From Reclinomonas americana ATCC 50394 (Eukaryota), in NCBI GenBank assembly GCA_048213135.1, contig PS015719.1:1-36871 (forward strand): 36,871 bases of DNA. The letters are read 5' to 3'. A program made the position numbers and the translations under genes. Every line of letters starts with the position of its first letter. Position 1 is the first letter of the stretch. Under the pieces are notes generated by a model that ran no database searches, had not been told where the DNA came from, and saw nothing but the letters and a program-made list of their open reading frames with translations. Positions 1 to 19,522 of the stretch are shown here, one piece after another.

Positions 1-6256
<6,256 letters not shown>

Positions 6257-6441
6257 GTCTGCGTTTTTTTATTTTTTTGGTGGAGCGCAGGCCTTGTTTC
6301 TTCTGCGTGTTTTTTCTCTTTCTTTTACAGTGGTTTAACGACGTATCAAAGTGTATGCTTACTTGATGTTTTAATTGTGGCGCTGTTTCTTTCTTTCATT
6401 GCATTGAGAGGGGTCGGAAAAATGGCATGATGCGCATATGA

Positions 6442-7205
6442 TCAATCGCGTCTACCACGCCCAAAGCCGGGCATCAGAGTGAGTGCGTGGTGGACGGTGA
6501 TGCTTGCAGGCGCGTCGACCAGCTGCACCGGGGGTGGCACAAACGAACTGTGCACACGCTGACGTTTCTCCACCTCGCCGCTCGGCCACGTGAGCTCCAT
6601 GTTGGTTCCATCGTCCACCAGCCGCAGGGATGTCGGCATGTGCACCAGCACATCCTCCTCGTAGAGCATCTCGATGAAGAGATCGCTCTGCTCTCTCCAC
6701 GTGCAGCTCGAGGCGCCGTGCTTGCTACCGGCTTCGTCGTATTTGCCACTCACAGAGAGGATCACATCGCCGAATTCGACGCTGATCACTTCCCACGCGT
6801 ACCAGGAGCACTGCGCGCTCCAGTAGGAGCGATCAAACTGGGTGACCTCCTCGCACACCAGCCGGAACCGACCATCGGCGCTGTCGGCCGTTGTCATCTT
6901 GGTGTAGTCCTCACAATTGCGCTCACCCATGACTACAGCACCTGCGCTGTTGTGTGGGGTATTGTGCATAACAAAGAAGCCTCGGAGCAGACGCACCTTG
7001 TCTCGGCTCGCCAAGTATAGAAAAAGGGTTTGATGTCGAATGAATCAATATCACATGCATGCGACGTTCTTTCTCGACGTCATGTTGCAGCAAGACGCGG
7101 AAGCACCGCACCTGGAAAGCTGTTACAGGAAGAGCAGTGGCACACCAAGCGCCTGCTCGTTGCCGGAAAACGAGCCGGAAACAAAGCTTGTCGCGTCTTC
7201 GACAT
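6442..7205 (-). CDS. Hypothetical protein (5' structure uncertain)
   Basis: An open ~165-codon exon (about 6442-6940; AVVMGERNCEDY...YWSAQCSWYAWEVISVEFG...) follows a CAG acceptor and ends at TGA 6442-6444. Upstream GTGCGT/GTGCGG donors exist. An ATG at 7205 with a donor at 7111 joins in frame, but other models fit too. No family recognised. Confidence 0.55.
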
Positions 7206-7245
7206 GACGGGACAACCTTTGCATCTTCATCCACAAGCGACCACC

Positions 7246-7313
7246 ATGCGCCTTCTTGTGAGCATCATGTCAGCCACACGCCTCTCCAGACGTCTTGCAC
7301 AGTTGTCTCACTG

Positions 7314-7352
<39 letters not shown>

Positions 7353-8795
7353 TCTCACACACACAGATGCGTCCCACAAGACTCGCACTTGCCGCCATCA
7401 CCGCCGGCGGTGCTGCCTCTCTCTACCTGCTCGGCAGTGGCGGGCACAGAGCATCCCACTCCACCTCCTCCGCCACGGTCGCACTGCATGCCAGCACGGC
7501 GGCGGAGCAATCGATGACGCCCACAGATTCCGAACTCGGGAGCTGGGTGCACAATGTGCGCATAGTTCTCGACCAGTCGCACGTGGTGCTGTCGTCGCAG
7601 CAGGCGGCGCAGTTGAGCACGCTGGAGCTCATGGCCTCGCGCAGTCAGCGGCCAGTGGATTCCCAGTCGGTGATTTCCGCGCGGCGTGTGGCACAGGCGA
7701 TTGATCACACCTTGTTGCGACCGACCGCCTCCACCGAAGATGTGGTGAAGCTGTGCACGGAGGCGCGAGCGCATCACTTTGCCGCCGTGTGTGTCAATCC
7801 GGTGTATGTGCGACTGGCGGCACACGAACTGAAGAGCACGCCGGAGATTCATGTGGCCGCTGTTGTGGGATTTCCGCTTGGCGCTTCGTGCACGAGTGTC
7901 AAGGTCTTTCTTTTTGTGGCCATGATGGTGCCGCGAGACAGTGGTCACTCACTCAGTCACTCATTCTCTCTCTGATTTCCCCTCGTCAGGCTCACGAGGC
8001 GACAACATGCGTTCGGGACGGTGCTCATGAAATCGACATGGTGTGCCTTCCGTGTGTGACATTCATCGTGTCACCCGCGCCATGACACGGTTTCTGTTGT
8101 CGCAGGTGTTGAATATTGGTGCACTGAAAGAGGGCAATCTGCCGCTGGTGTTGCACGATATTGAGCAGGTGGTGAAAGCCGCTCGTGCTGCGTCACCCAA
8201 GGTATGGTTCGCCCTCCATTGCAGCTGGGTGATTGGGTTTAACTGGGGCGCTGTGAATGTGCGGCAGAGTGTGGTCAAGGTGATCATGGAGACGGGATAC
8301 CTGGCACCACGTGAAGTGGTGCAGGCGTGTGTGATATCGGTGCTTGCCGGTGCCGATTATGTGAAGACAAGCACTGGTTTGTTGGTCGCGCAGAGTGATG
8401 TGTGTGTGTGTGTTATTCCAACCCCATATCAACACACAGGCTTTGCCGCTGGAGTGCCGGCGGCCACGCCTGAAGTGGTCACTCTCATGAAGCGCACTGT
8501 TGGCGAGCTGGCCAAGGTCAAGGCGGCCGGAGGTAAATGATGATAGAGGACCTCGTGTCTGGTCATTTTGCGCTTGTTGACAAACCGCCTTGTCCTCTCG
8601 CTGCACAGGCGTTCGCACGACTGAAGCAGCCATGGACATGATTCGACGTGGTGCTGATCGCATCGGTATGGAGCGCTTTTTTTCGCTTCTATATACCTAC
8701 GAAGCAACTCACGTGCTCTGTGTGCAATGGTGATAGGCACCAGCAGCGGAGTTGCTCTTGTGAAAGGCGCAGCGACTGCTTCGACGGGATACTGA
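7246..8795 (+). CDS. DERA: Deoxyribose-phosphate aldolase (DERA/DeoC) with ~110-aa N-terminal extension
   Basis: Spliced motifs IDHTLL, AAVCVNP, AAVVGFPLGA, HEIDMV, KVIMETGYL, DYVKTSTGF (Schiff-base Lys), VKAAGGVR, GADRIGTSSG and terminal GY-TGA (8793-8795). Start inferred at accaccATG 7246 with a 12-nt coding exon and intron 7258-7366; an alternative ATG lies at 7367. Confidence 0.93.
7318..7348. repeat. (CT)n microsatellite in the DERA first intron
   Basis: CT run just upstream of the acacag acceptor at 7365-7366. Confidence 0.9.
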
Positions 8796-8841
8796 GAGCA
8801 TCGGGTACAGCGATTGGCGCAAAACAATTGATTAATGAAAA

Positions 8842-9140
8842 TCACAAGAAAAGGGCTATAACAACAGCAGAAACAAGGCTAGAGATGGTGCGGAGGGCGG
8901 CGGCATGAAATCCGCCGACCGCCGCTTGATTAGTTGTGGCACTGATGCGCGTCGAGGCACTTGGCGGCTGCGTGAACATTTTTTTGCAATGTCAGCAAGA
9001 ATGCACGCAACTTCATCAACCACACAACGGCACGCAACAGACGAGCCGTAGCCATTGATGGCGCGCACAGTGACCGAGTATGAAACATTCTGCAGTGCAG
9101 TCAGTTGGCGAACCCAAGCAGGCAGAGAAGAGAGCGAGCG

Positions 9141-9174
<34 letters not shown>

Positions 9175-12100
9175 GTTGGACATACCGGCTGGAGAGCAGA
9201 CAAGGTGGCGACGAAACCGTCACCAGTGGTGATACCGTCGTCGGGGCGGACATAGGCCTGCACCGATGGCCAGTTCCCGTCTGGCACCGCGACGACTAGG
9301 TATTGCAACAGCACACCACGGCCGATGCTGGCCGGATTCGACCACGTGAGCCGCACTGCAGTGCGACTGAGTGCTGACAACACTGTGACGGCCTGCGGAG
9401 CAGATGGAACGGGATCTACGGCGAAAAAAGTCAGGCACTCAAATCGAGGCGAATGCGCAGCGTGTAAACATTGGTTGTTGACGTACCTCGCGTGCGCTGA
9501 GTGACTATTGGAATCGACAGAGGCCCGTGTGCTCCCGCAGCGTTGCGAGCCACCACGTACACCGTGTACGCAGCAGTTGGAACGAGTGATTCGACGAATG
9601 CACACAAACTGTCGCCGACATCAATACTCTTCATCTCCATGCCGTCATCAAACAGCTCGTCACTGCACGTCGACGAGTGAGAGGATGAACACACAGAAGT
9701 GCGACTCGTGCGGATTCGTTTGTCACCTGCCGGGAAGCGTACGCTGAACCACTCGATAGTAGATGACCACATATGCAGCAGCATTGACCGCCGGCAACCA
9801 CGTCACACGAATCGTCTGCATACCTCGGATGTGAGCACTTGGAAAACACACAAGCAATGCCACGGTACGCAACATCATATGTCGTCTCCTGCACCTGGAG
9901 TGATTCAACGGCCTCAGGAGTGTCTGCATGCAGTCGAACACGTCAGCCACCACCCTCATCGGGTGCGAGCAGCGTGTGGCACTCACCTGGGTCTCCTGGG
10001 GGCTCGGCCTGCGTGAATGCGGCAGGCGAGTCATCACTCTCGCCGACACCGTTGATGGCCGTCACGCGTGCCCGATATAGCGACCCAACGGCCTTCGTCT
10101 CCAGTGTGTACGAGCGTGCCGATGATCCGAGTTTCACTGGCGCAACGGCGTCGTCACCAACAGTCTTGCACAACTCACTGATGAGCCCAGCAACTTCCAC
10201 ACAGAAATTGCACGCAAGCGGCACAATCGATTCACCTCAAAGTACAGCACAAAGCCGTCGATGGGCGAGCTCCCCTGTTGATCGACCGACCAAGCGAACT
10301 GAACGCGGGTTGTTGCACTGAATGCAGAACGCAGCAGTGGCGGCGATGGCACGCGACCGGTGCGCACCACGTTGTCGAGTCCGTTCCCTGCCGTGGCAGC
10401 GTCGACCGCAAACGAAGATGCTTGCTTCGCACCACCCGCGGCGTTTGCTGCACGCACGTCGATGCGATACTCCATGTTTGCCGTCAAGTTTGTGAGAGTG
10501 ACACTCATTCCCGTCGTCGAGACGGTGTACCCGGTCGGGTCGCTGCCGTCAAGTCGCCAACATGTGACATTGTAAGAGAGAATGGAGCCGGCGCCGCCCG
10601 TCTCCACAGGCTCGTCCCACTGCAGTGCAATCTGTGACGGCAGCATATAAGACTCGGCTCACTCAACAGCAGCAGCACATGATCATTGTCGACGTAAGTC
10701 ACCTGATCGGTTCGTTTGCGCGACAACACAGAGACCACCGAGTCGATGGATCCAGGCACTAAGGTTGTGCACGATCAGGTGCGGCAAGTATGAATGGAGA
10801 ACACGAAGCAGACTCACCGGCCGCTCCAGTGGCGGTGGTGACAGTGACATTGTTTGATGGTGCCGTTCCGATAAACCCGTTGAATGCGACAATGTAGAAG
10901 AGACTGCCCCCGATGAATGACAGCCCGTGTCAGACTCATCAACTCTCCCTCTCTCCGTACAACACAACCGCAACTATGTTGTGCCGGCGGCCAGATTGTT
11001 GATTGTCCCTGTTCGCACTGCGGAGAACGATTTCGTCGTGCACGGGAAGCTGCGCTTGCCATAGAAGCCAGTCACTGTGGAGTTGCCGGCGACGGTACCA
11101 TTGACGGCATGCTATTCACCACCCACACGCACACACACAGTGCTGTCAGCGACAGATGTCAAAGTGACACGCTGCGGTACAGACCGACGCAACATAATAC
11201 ACAATGTATTGCAAATCATCGTCGTCGAGACTCGCTTGTGTGCCGATCGAGGAATCGGTCGGAGAGGTCCACGCAAGGCGCACAAAGCCGAATCCGTGTC
11301 CCGTGACAGACAGTTCGGGCACAGGATACGGGGCTGCAAGGGTGCGTGAGAACAGTATGCCGTGGACACAAAATGCTGCACCCCTAAGAGCATGGCACAC
11401 ACCAACAATGGGGTTGGCGGCGTGCGTGACACCAACAGATGCCGCGCCGACGCTGGAACCAGCAACGGCCTGTATGCGGTGCTCGTATGCGAGTCCAGGA
11501 GCTGCGTGCGTCGTGACTCTTAGCCACTGAAGTGAAACGCACAGAAAAGATACACAAGTGCAGCGCACCAGTTGGGACGACGGCAGTGGTTTGCGTGCTG
11601 GGCACGACAGTGTGCCGCATGCAACTGTTCCTGTAGACCTGCACAACCTACAGAGGAGATACAGACAATCAAAAACACAAGGCAGACATTACGCGCTGGT
11701 GACAAGTCTGCATACCCTGTAGGCGGTAATGGGACGGCCACCGCGCACGACTGGCGGAGACCATCGAAGGCCAACCGTAGCATCAGAGAGGAAGGTGACC
11801 TCGAGGTGCGTCGGTGCACTTGGCAACGTGGCTGTGCTTGCAGTTGCGTGAGAAAGTGCATCAGAAAAGCGAGAGGCAACACACACGCACAATTGGAGGG
11901 CACGATGACCGTGATCGGCAGTGTGGCCTCGGAGGAGCCGACTGAGTTGGTGGCACGGAGCTAGAGCGAGCAAGCATGTGAGATATCAGACCGCAGAACG
12001 GCACGGAAACAGGCAAGCCCACAGACGAACCAGGTAAATGTAAGTGGTGTCGGCCTGCACACTGGTGTCCGTCGCCGTGAGACTGTCGACACCGACTGTG

Positions 12101-15100
12101 ACCACCGACTTGAAGGCGACGCGGACAGTCGACCGCTCCAGCTGCCCCACCAATTCACGGTCAGTGTAGACTGCGCGCAACAACACACGAGAGGGGGGAC
12201 GAAACAGTGTACGCGGCATTGGTAAGAAGTGGAGTGGAGCCAAAGTGTGGATTCTGCATCCATGTGAACGTGACACCATCGGCAGCCACTTTGGTGACGG
12301 TGAATAATATGGGTGGTCCGGGCAATCGCTGCTCGGCGTCGTCTGTTGTCACCTCCACCGCCTGGCGAGCACACACAGAGAAATCAACATCGAGAGAAGC
12401 AGAGCGCGTGTGTGGCGCAAGACTCACATTGGACAACTTGACAAAGGCGGCCGTGTCGGCGGTCACCGTTAGCACGGGTACAGAGAAGGCGTTGGTGCCA
12501 GCCACTCTGCGCAGACAGCACCCGATGGTCAGTGGCCGCACAATAAGAAGACTGATGGACCGACTAATGCAACTGTAGCAGGTATGTGGTTGCCGGTTCC
12601 AGGCCCTGCACATCGGCCACCCAACTCACTTGCGCGGCCACACTCGCCTGTGTGGCCGGCACCAGTGCAAATGATGCACTCTGCAACGTCACTTGCGGTG
12701 CAGTAGAATCTGCTAGGGTGGCGTACACGCGAAACGGCGTGTTGGCCAGCAGTTCGCCTCCGCCCAGCGACTGCGGCGCTGTGATCTCGAGTCGCACCGA
12801 CTCGGACGCCACACGGGACACGGCATTCACGACCGGTGCCTCCGGAATGGAACCGACACGCATCGTTGTCTGCAACAGCGAGATGCTGATGGGTCCCACG
12901 GCGACGTTGTTGCTCAGCGCCACCGTGCAGCGGTACAGTGAATTGGGATGTAGGGCACTGCCGCCCGGCACACGCAGTCCGATCACTGCCACTTGCGCGC
13001 CTGACACGTACTGGACCGCTGTGTATGAATGTGCTCAGTAAACAGTCGCACTCTTGCGTGCAAGCACATTATCGGAGTGGCGCACCACTTGTGTTGAATT
13101 CGCTGTATTCCTCGCGATACTGACCAAGCGACGCCAGCACATAGTCGTTGCTGTAGAATTACATACACCGTTAAGTCGGGACAGGAGAAACCATGTGTGA
13201 GTTGCACGCGATGACAACGCACCCTGACTCAACACCAGCGATCCGTACAACTGCTCCCGACAACGCAAGAATCCCGAGCGACAGCGGTTCAGTCCACCGC
13301 AGCACGAAGGAGACTGAGGTTACCGCGGCAATCTGCACACAGGCTCACGTGAGACTCAAGTAAGTCTGACAGGGAAAGAAAGGGATCGACATCGTGTACA
13401 GACTGTTGGGGAAACAACTTTGCCAGGCGCAGAACCGGCCGCCGACAGCGACACAGTGAGCACGTTGCTGTACACTGTTGTTGCGACGTTCGACGTGGTG
13501 TTGACACGCATCTGCATGCGCTTGTGAGCGAGTGATTTGCCAACAATTCCTCTGTAAACAGAGTGGACGCACCCGTACTTGAGCCACCCGACCAACCAGA
13601 CTGTCGACTCTGATCATGTTGTACCGCTGCGTCGATGAGACCGGCGCGAAACCTACGTACGACGCAGCGGTCCACGTGGCCGAGTCCACACGAACTTCAA
13701 TAGTGTACGGATTGTTCGCCAGTAGGGGCTCGACAATCTGCACTGGTGCCTCCCACCCAAAGGCGAACGATGAAACAGTGACCTTGCGTGCCAGAGAATC
13801 GAGAGTAGGCGCGCTCAATGATGGCCCCGACGCGGCAGTTGTCGACACAGCAAATGATACGACGCTCTGACCTCGATTGGCCGCGTTTCGTGCAGCAATC
13901 TGCTCGTGACTCATTGTCAAACAAAAGGAGTGCCAACACAGACAAGCGTGCGCACGCACCGCCACCGTGTACTTGGTTTGTGGAAGAATCGGGTTGGCGA
14001 TAGTGGAGGCGAAATCCAAGCGAACAAACGAGCCGTCAACCTCCGTACTCAATCCCGCCGAGTTGCCAACAAAATCCACCTGCGGACCGCCAAATTTCGA
14101 CAGACAGGCCCAGTAGCGTGCGTCATCACCATCCGCAGTCCCCACAGGCGCAGCACCCATGTTCAGAGGAGGCCTCACGAAAATCTGTCGGACTTGTCGG
14201 TTGTCACTGAAACACACACACACACACACACGTGTGGACAATCGGCGCACCGAAAAGGACGAGCCGGTGATAAAGTACGCTGCCGCTGCAGTGGGTGCTT
14301 CGGGTCGACCTACTCGCAGTGCTCATCAGCGCCACATATGACTTTCATGTGTGAATTACAGGCGCACTGACTCGAACGTAACTGGCAGCCGTAACCCACG
14401 ACACGACCGACGTGCGTGGCCCAACAATGCTGGAATCTAGAGTGCGCACATACGCCTGCATCGCCAGCTATGAGACTCCTCCATACAGACAGTGGCTGCA
14501 CGCATCAGGAGACAGCACTCACTTGCATCTCGTACGTGCCACCCGGCAGCAACTGACCCAGTGTACACGAGTATTGCTGACCGACAAAGACATGAGATCC
14601 GGTGAGCGACGTGCACGACACCACAGAGAATGACGAGCCGCTGCCGCCGCTGCTCGTGCGTCGAAGTTCAACAACGTAGGGATCCGATGGCAGACTTGTG
14701 CCTGCAACACGTGCACCCGGCGAGTTGGAGAATATCGTGCCGGCCAAGTAGTCATCGCTGATGCTTTGTACCACTGCGCGCGACGGTCAGCAACGAACAT
14801 GAACTTGTGACTCACACGCACACACACACACAACGGACTCACCGGTTGCACCCGTATCGGTAATATCAACGATACTGACGGCACCGAGAGCAGCCGGTGC
14901 GGTGCTTGGTGAGTTTGCAAATGCGAATGAATCGGAAATGACTCGGCGTGAGCTCGGCAGCCCACCTCGGCCATTGTCAACAATCACCTAGCTCACGACC
15001 ATCAGTCCATACCACACGAGGAAGAAGTCACCAATAACACAACGCACTTGAAACTGCGTCTGCGTAATCACGTTGCTGGTCTGCAGCACAACGATGAACG

Positions 15101-17367
15101 AATTCGCCGTCTTGACACTGGTGGGTTGCGCGCCGCCGGCCACACCAAGAACTGCCATCAATCAATGGCCGTGAGATGCGAGATGGCGCAAAAGTGCAAG
15201 AGTGCGATGCAACTCACCCGGGTACGCCACTGCCGTCGACGGCAACGCATTCTCCACCGAACAGCCGCCGGAGCAGTCGGTGAAAGCATAGTCGAGAGAC
15301 AGTGTGGATGCGACTGGCTGTCCAACATTGACTGGGCGTGACACACAGAGAGCCACCCAATCGTAGCCGATCTAAAGAATAACATCGTGAGCGATTACAT
15401 CTCTCAGCAAGAAGCCATCTCATGCAGCGCACACGCACGCACCGCCATGGAGCGAGTACTCGATGCGCCTGCGCGGTTGCAGAGAACGGGCGGATTGCTC
15501 TGCGCTCCTGCTGCGATGAAGGGAACCGCCACTGTGGCCGTCGGTCCTGCTCCATGGTCATTGACAGCGGTGACCTGCGCGTGCGATGGGATGAGTGCGT
15601 GGCCTGCGCGGATGCAAGCGTTGTCGCCGCACAAACCTGCACCGTGACCGCTTGCGTGCAGTTTTCAATACTGGTGACAAGCGTGCGGTCAGTCATGTCG
15701 GTGCTGGTGATGGAGGCGGTGCATCCAGCCGTCGACGGCACCGCCATAATGCTGTACGTGAGATCGCCCAGCAGCCCCGTGCCGCCGACAACCAGCGGTA
15801 CGACAAACGACAGCGATGCCGACACAGTGGTCGCAGTGGGCGTGCGCCACACGCGCGTCAGCGACAGGGAACGAACCGCAGAAGGCACTGCACAGCATGT
15901 CTTGTCAACACGCACGATACAGCAGCAGCAGCAGTAGCTCGACGCAAACCAGCGGCTGTGGCTGTGGTGGTAAACGAGTATGCCGCCACCGTCGCAGTAT
16001 CCTGTGTCACGCCAACACCAAGAGCATTGACGGCGGCCACACGGACTCGGTATGTCATCACTGGCATCAGTCTGCCGACGACGATCTGTTCCAATGCCCC
16101 AGCGAGCGTGCGTGAGACACACGGTGAAACCATCAGCTGTGGAGGAACCATCGAGCCCACCTGCGCGCCCGTAACACGGCCGTTTGCGGTGAGCAACCGA
16201 ACTGTGCCGCTGGCCGGCGTCCACGTGGTGGCGCTCAACTCTGCCACCTGCACGCAACAAGCTCAGCGCGCAGCCACTTCCGATGTATTCTCTTGCGCGC
16301 ACGCTCGCTGTCTCACCTCCACATGAAAACCCGTAATCGTACTCCCAATGGTGACCGGAACCGACCAGCTCAGCAGCGCTCCATTGGCGGCCACGGCCTC
16401 CGCGGCCAGCACCGACGGCACAGAACCCGGTGTCTGCTTCCCACTCATGGTGTGGAACGACAGCGGCTGCACCGACCACGTACCGAATCCCACGCTATTG
16501 ACTGCACGCACACGCGCCAAGTAGGCCGCGTCGGGTGTGAGGTCATCCAACGACGCCACCTGTCGCTTCTCACAATCTGCATTGAATGTGTTGGTCGACG
16601 CCGGCGGCGGCGCCTGCCACGAGCTGCCCGTCACATCGCTGCGCTTGACTTGCACCTGATAGTACGGCGCCACCAGCGTCGTCATGCCCCACAACAGGGG
16701 AGCATTGAACGAAATCACCGCACCCGTGCTGGCGAGCCGATCCACGAGTAGAATCGACGGCGCCGCCGGTGTGCCCGAGATCGGCATGGTAAACGGAAGG
16801 GCAGTCGACGGCGTGCCACGACCATACGCGTTCACTGCGTACACCTGCTGAGGGCGTGAGTCCCGCGTGCGATGGGGAATGAGAGAGAGAGAGAGCGCGA
16901 AGCAGTCTCACCACAGCAGAGTACGAGGCACCCTGCACGATGCGATGCTCGAACTCGGTAAGCACCGCCGATCGCGCCTCGCTTCCATCGACCGTCACTG
17001 TTACATCCACTGGCACCGCGTCGCTCACCACCACGGCCTCGGTGGTGGTTCCGGCGGTGCGCACAGACGACACCACCACCTCGTATCCAGTCACCGCCGC
17101 ATTGCCCCAGTTGAAGGGCCCATCGTCCCACGCCACCGTCACACTCGCTCCTTCATCGCTCTGCCCCACGGCCTTGATCTGCGCCGCCGTGTGAACGTCG
17201 ACAAAGACACTGAGAGTGAGAGAGACAGAGACAGAGGACGCAACGATGGCCACCCCGCGCGGTGCACCGGGCGAGCCAAGCACCGGTGAGTCAGCACGGA
17301 CCAGAAGCAGTGGAACAAAGAAGAAGAGGAGGAGGAGGAAGAAGAGAAGGCATTCTTGCCGCCGCAT
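8842..17367 (-). CDS. Large secreted or cell-surface protein of tandem fibronectin type III repeats, probably GPI-anchored
   Basis: N-terminal signal peptide MRRQECLLFFLLLLFFFVPLLLVRA (ATG 17367). Repeated FN3 signatures (LxW..P, L.P...Y...V.A.N..G): VYAVNAYGRG, VRAVNSVGFG, VAAVNALGVG, VTAVNDHGAG, IAARNAANRG, VRAANAAGG, VTAINGVGES, VVARNAAGA, VRAINGYGSS. The last exon (8842-8967) ends in a hydrophobic stretch at the stop. Many introns; not every junction was traced. Confidence 0.85.
9144..9171. repeat. (GA)n microsatellite within an FN3-gene intron
   Basis: GA run, reading (TC)n on the transcribed minus strand. Confidence 0.9.
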
Positions 17368-17418
17368 CCAGTCCTTCACGACGATGAAGCCCGCAGGACA
17401 ACACACCAACTCAATCAA

Positions 17419-19475
17419 ATGGCGGAGAGCGAGGTGAAGACGGTGATTATCGGCGGCGGAGTCGGCGGTGCCGGCAAGGCCGGTGTCTCCATCGATGACT
17501 TGGTGCGCGTCTGCTACTCCACGGAGGCCTGGGAGACTGCAATTCCGCACCCCATGGCTCGTGCACGAGTGGCCATTGATCGCGCCGCAGTGCTGCGCAT
17601 GACCGCCATTGCCGCGTCGGCTGCAGCCGGCAGCAGTGGAGGGGAGGAACAAGCGGCTTCGGTGGCGGCGTTGGCCGAGGGCGTCTTGCAGGGTGGACTG
17701 CCAGTTGCGTGAGTCGGGGGAGATGTGAGGACATGCACACCTCCCCCCTTGGCGCACGCACTCCCTCTTCCTCTCCCTCTCTTTCTCCCACTGCATGATC
17801 ATTACCTTGCACACATGCGGCGCACTTGCCCCCCAACTGTGCCTCACATTGTCGCGGATTGCATGCTCATGTTGGATGATGATGTTGACGATGATGACAT
17901 GCAGATTGCGCCCGAGTTTGTTCGTGGTCTGCTTCTGGTGCGTGCCGCGGCAGCATCGAGCACCGCGCACTCGGGAGTCTCCAAGAGCACCATTGAATAC
18001 TTGGTGGCGCTGCTCAACAATGACATGACGCCGGTGGTGCGTGCGACTTGTCCCTCACTGTGCAGTTGTGTGCATCAGTCGTGTTCTCAATCTGAGCCGA
18101 ATGCAGCTCTTTGTTCCGGATAGCAACGGTGCGGAGATTGACCTGCGTGCCTACTTTGCTGCATTGCTGCTTGGTCGTGGTGCGTGCCCGCCTCTCTCTT
18201 TGAGTGTGTACGCAGCAGAGCTGATGGCTGGCATGATCAGGAAACTGCATCTGCAAGGGTGCGTTTGGTGAGCTGTCTGGTGCCCTGTCGTTCTTCAAGG
18301 TGTCGCTGCCGACGCCACCGACTGTGACGGAGATCGACTTCCTCGCGCTGAATGCGGCTGCTACGCTGTCGATTGTGGTCGCTGCCGTGACGCAGTATCG
18401 TGCAGAGGTGTGGATGTGAGTGTGCGCGTCCTTTGTATGACGGTGTTGTCTCATCACGCCATTCGTGCATGCTAGTCGCTGGTGGAGACTGCTGACCTCG
18501 TGGCGAGTTTGTACTTTGAGGCACTGGGACGACCGGCTGNNNNNNNNNNNNNNNNNNNNNNNNNNNNNNNNNNNNNNNNNNNNNNNNNNNNNNNNNNNNN
18601 NNNNNNNNNNNNNNNNNNNNNNNNNNNNNNNNNNNNNNNNNNNNNNNNNNNNNNNNNNNNNNNNNNNNNNNNNNNNNNNNNNNNNNNNNNNNNNNNNNNN
18701 NNNNNNNNNNNNNNNNNNNNNNNNNNNNNNNNNNNNNNNNNNNNNNNNNNNNNNNNNNNNNNNNNNNNNNNNNNNNNNNNNNNNNNNNNNNNNNNNNNNN
18801 NNNNNNNNNNNNNNNNNNNNNNNNNNNNNNNNNNNNNNNNNNNNNNNNNNNNNNNNNNNNNNNNNNNNNNNNNNNNNNNNNNNNNNNNNNNNNNNNNNNN
18901 NNNNNNNNNNNNNNNNNNNNNNNNNNNNNNNNNNNNNNNNNNNNNNNNNNNNNNNNNNNNNNNNNNNNNNNNNNNNNNNNNNNNNNNNNNNNNNNNNNNN
19001 NNNNNNNNNNNNNNNNNNNNNNNNNNNNNNNNNNNNNNNNNNNNNNNNNNNNNNNNNNNNNNNNNNNNNNNNNNNNNNNNNNNNNNNNNNNNNNNNNNNN
19101 NNNNNNNNNNNNNNNNNNNNNNNNNNNNNNNNNNNNNNNNNNNNNNNNNNNNNNNNNNNNNNNNNNNNNNNNNNNNNNNNNNNNNNNNNNNNNNNNNNNN
19201 NNNNNNNNNNNNNNNNNNNNNNNNNNNNNNNNNNNNNNNNNNNNNNNNNNNNNNNNNNNNNNNNNNNNNNNNNNNNNNNNNNNNNNNNNNNNNNNNNNNN
19301 NNNNNNNNNNNNNNNNNNNNNNNNNNNNNNNNNNNNNNNNNNNNNNNNNNNNNNNNNNNNNNNNNNNNNNNNNNNNNNNNNNNNNNNNNNNNNNNNNNNN
19401 NNNNNNNNNNNNNNNNNNNNNNNNNNNNNNNNNNNNNNNNNNNNNNNNNNNNTGCGATGATGAATACTGCTCTCT

Positions 19476-19522
<47 letters not shown>

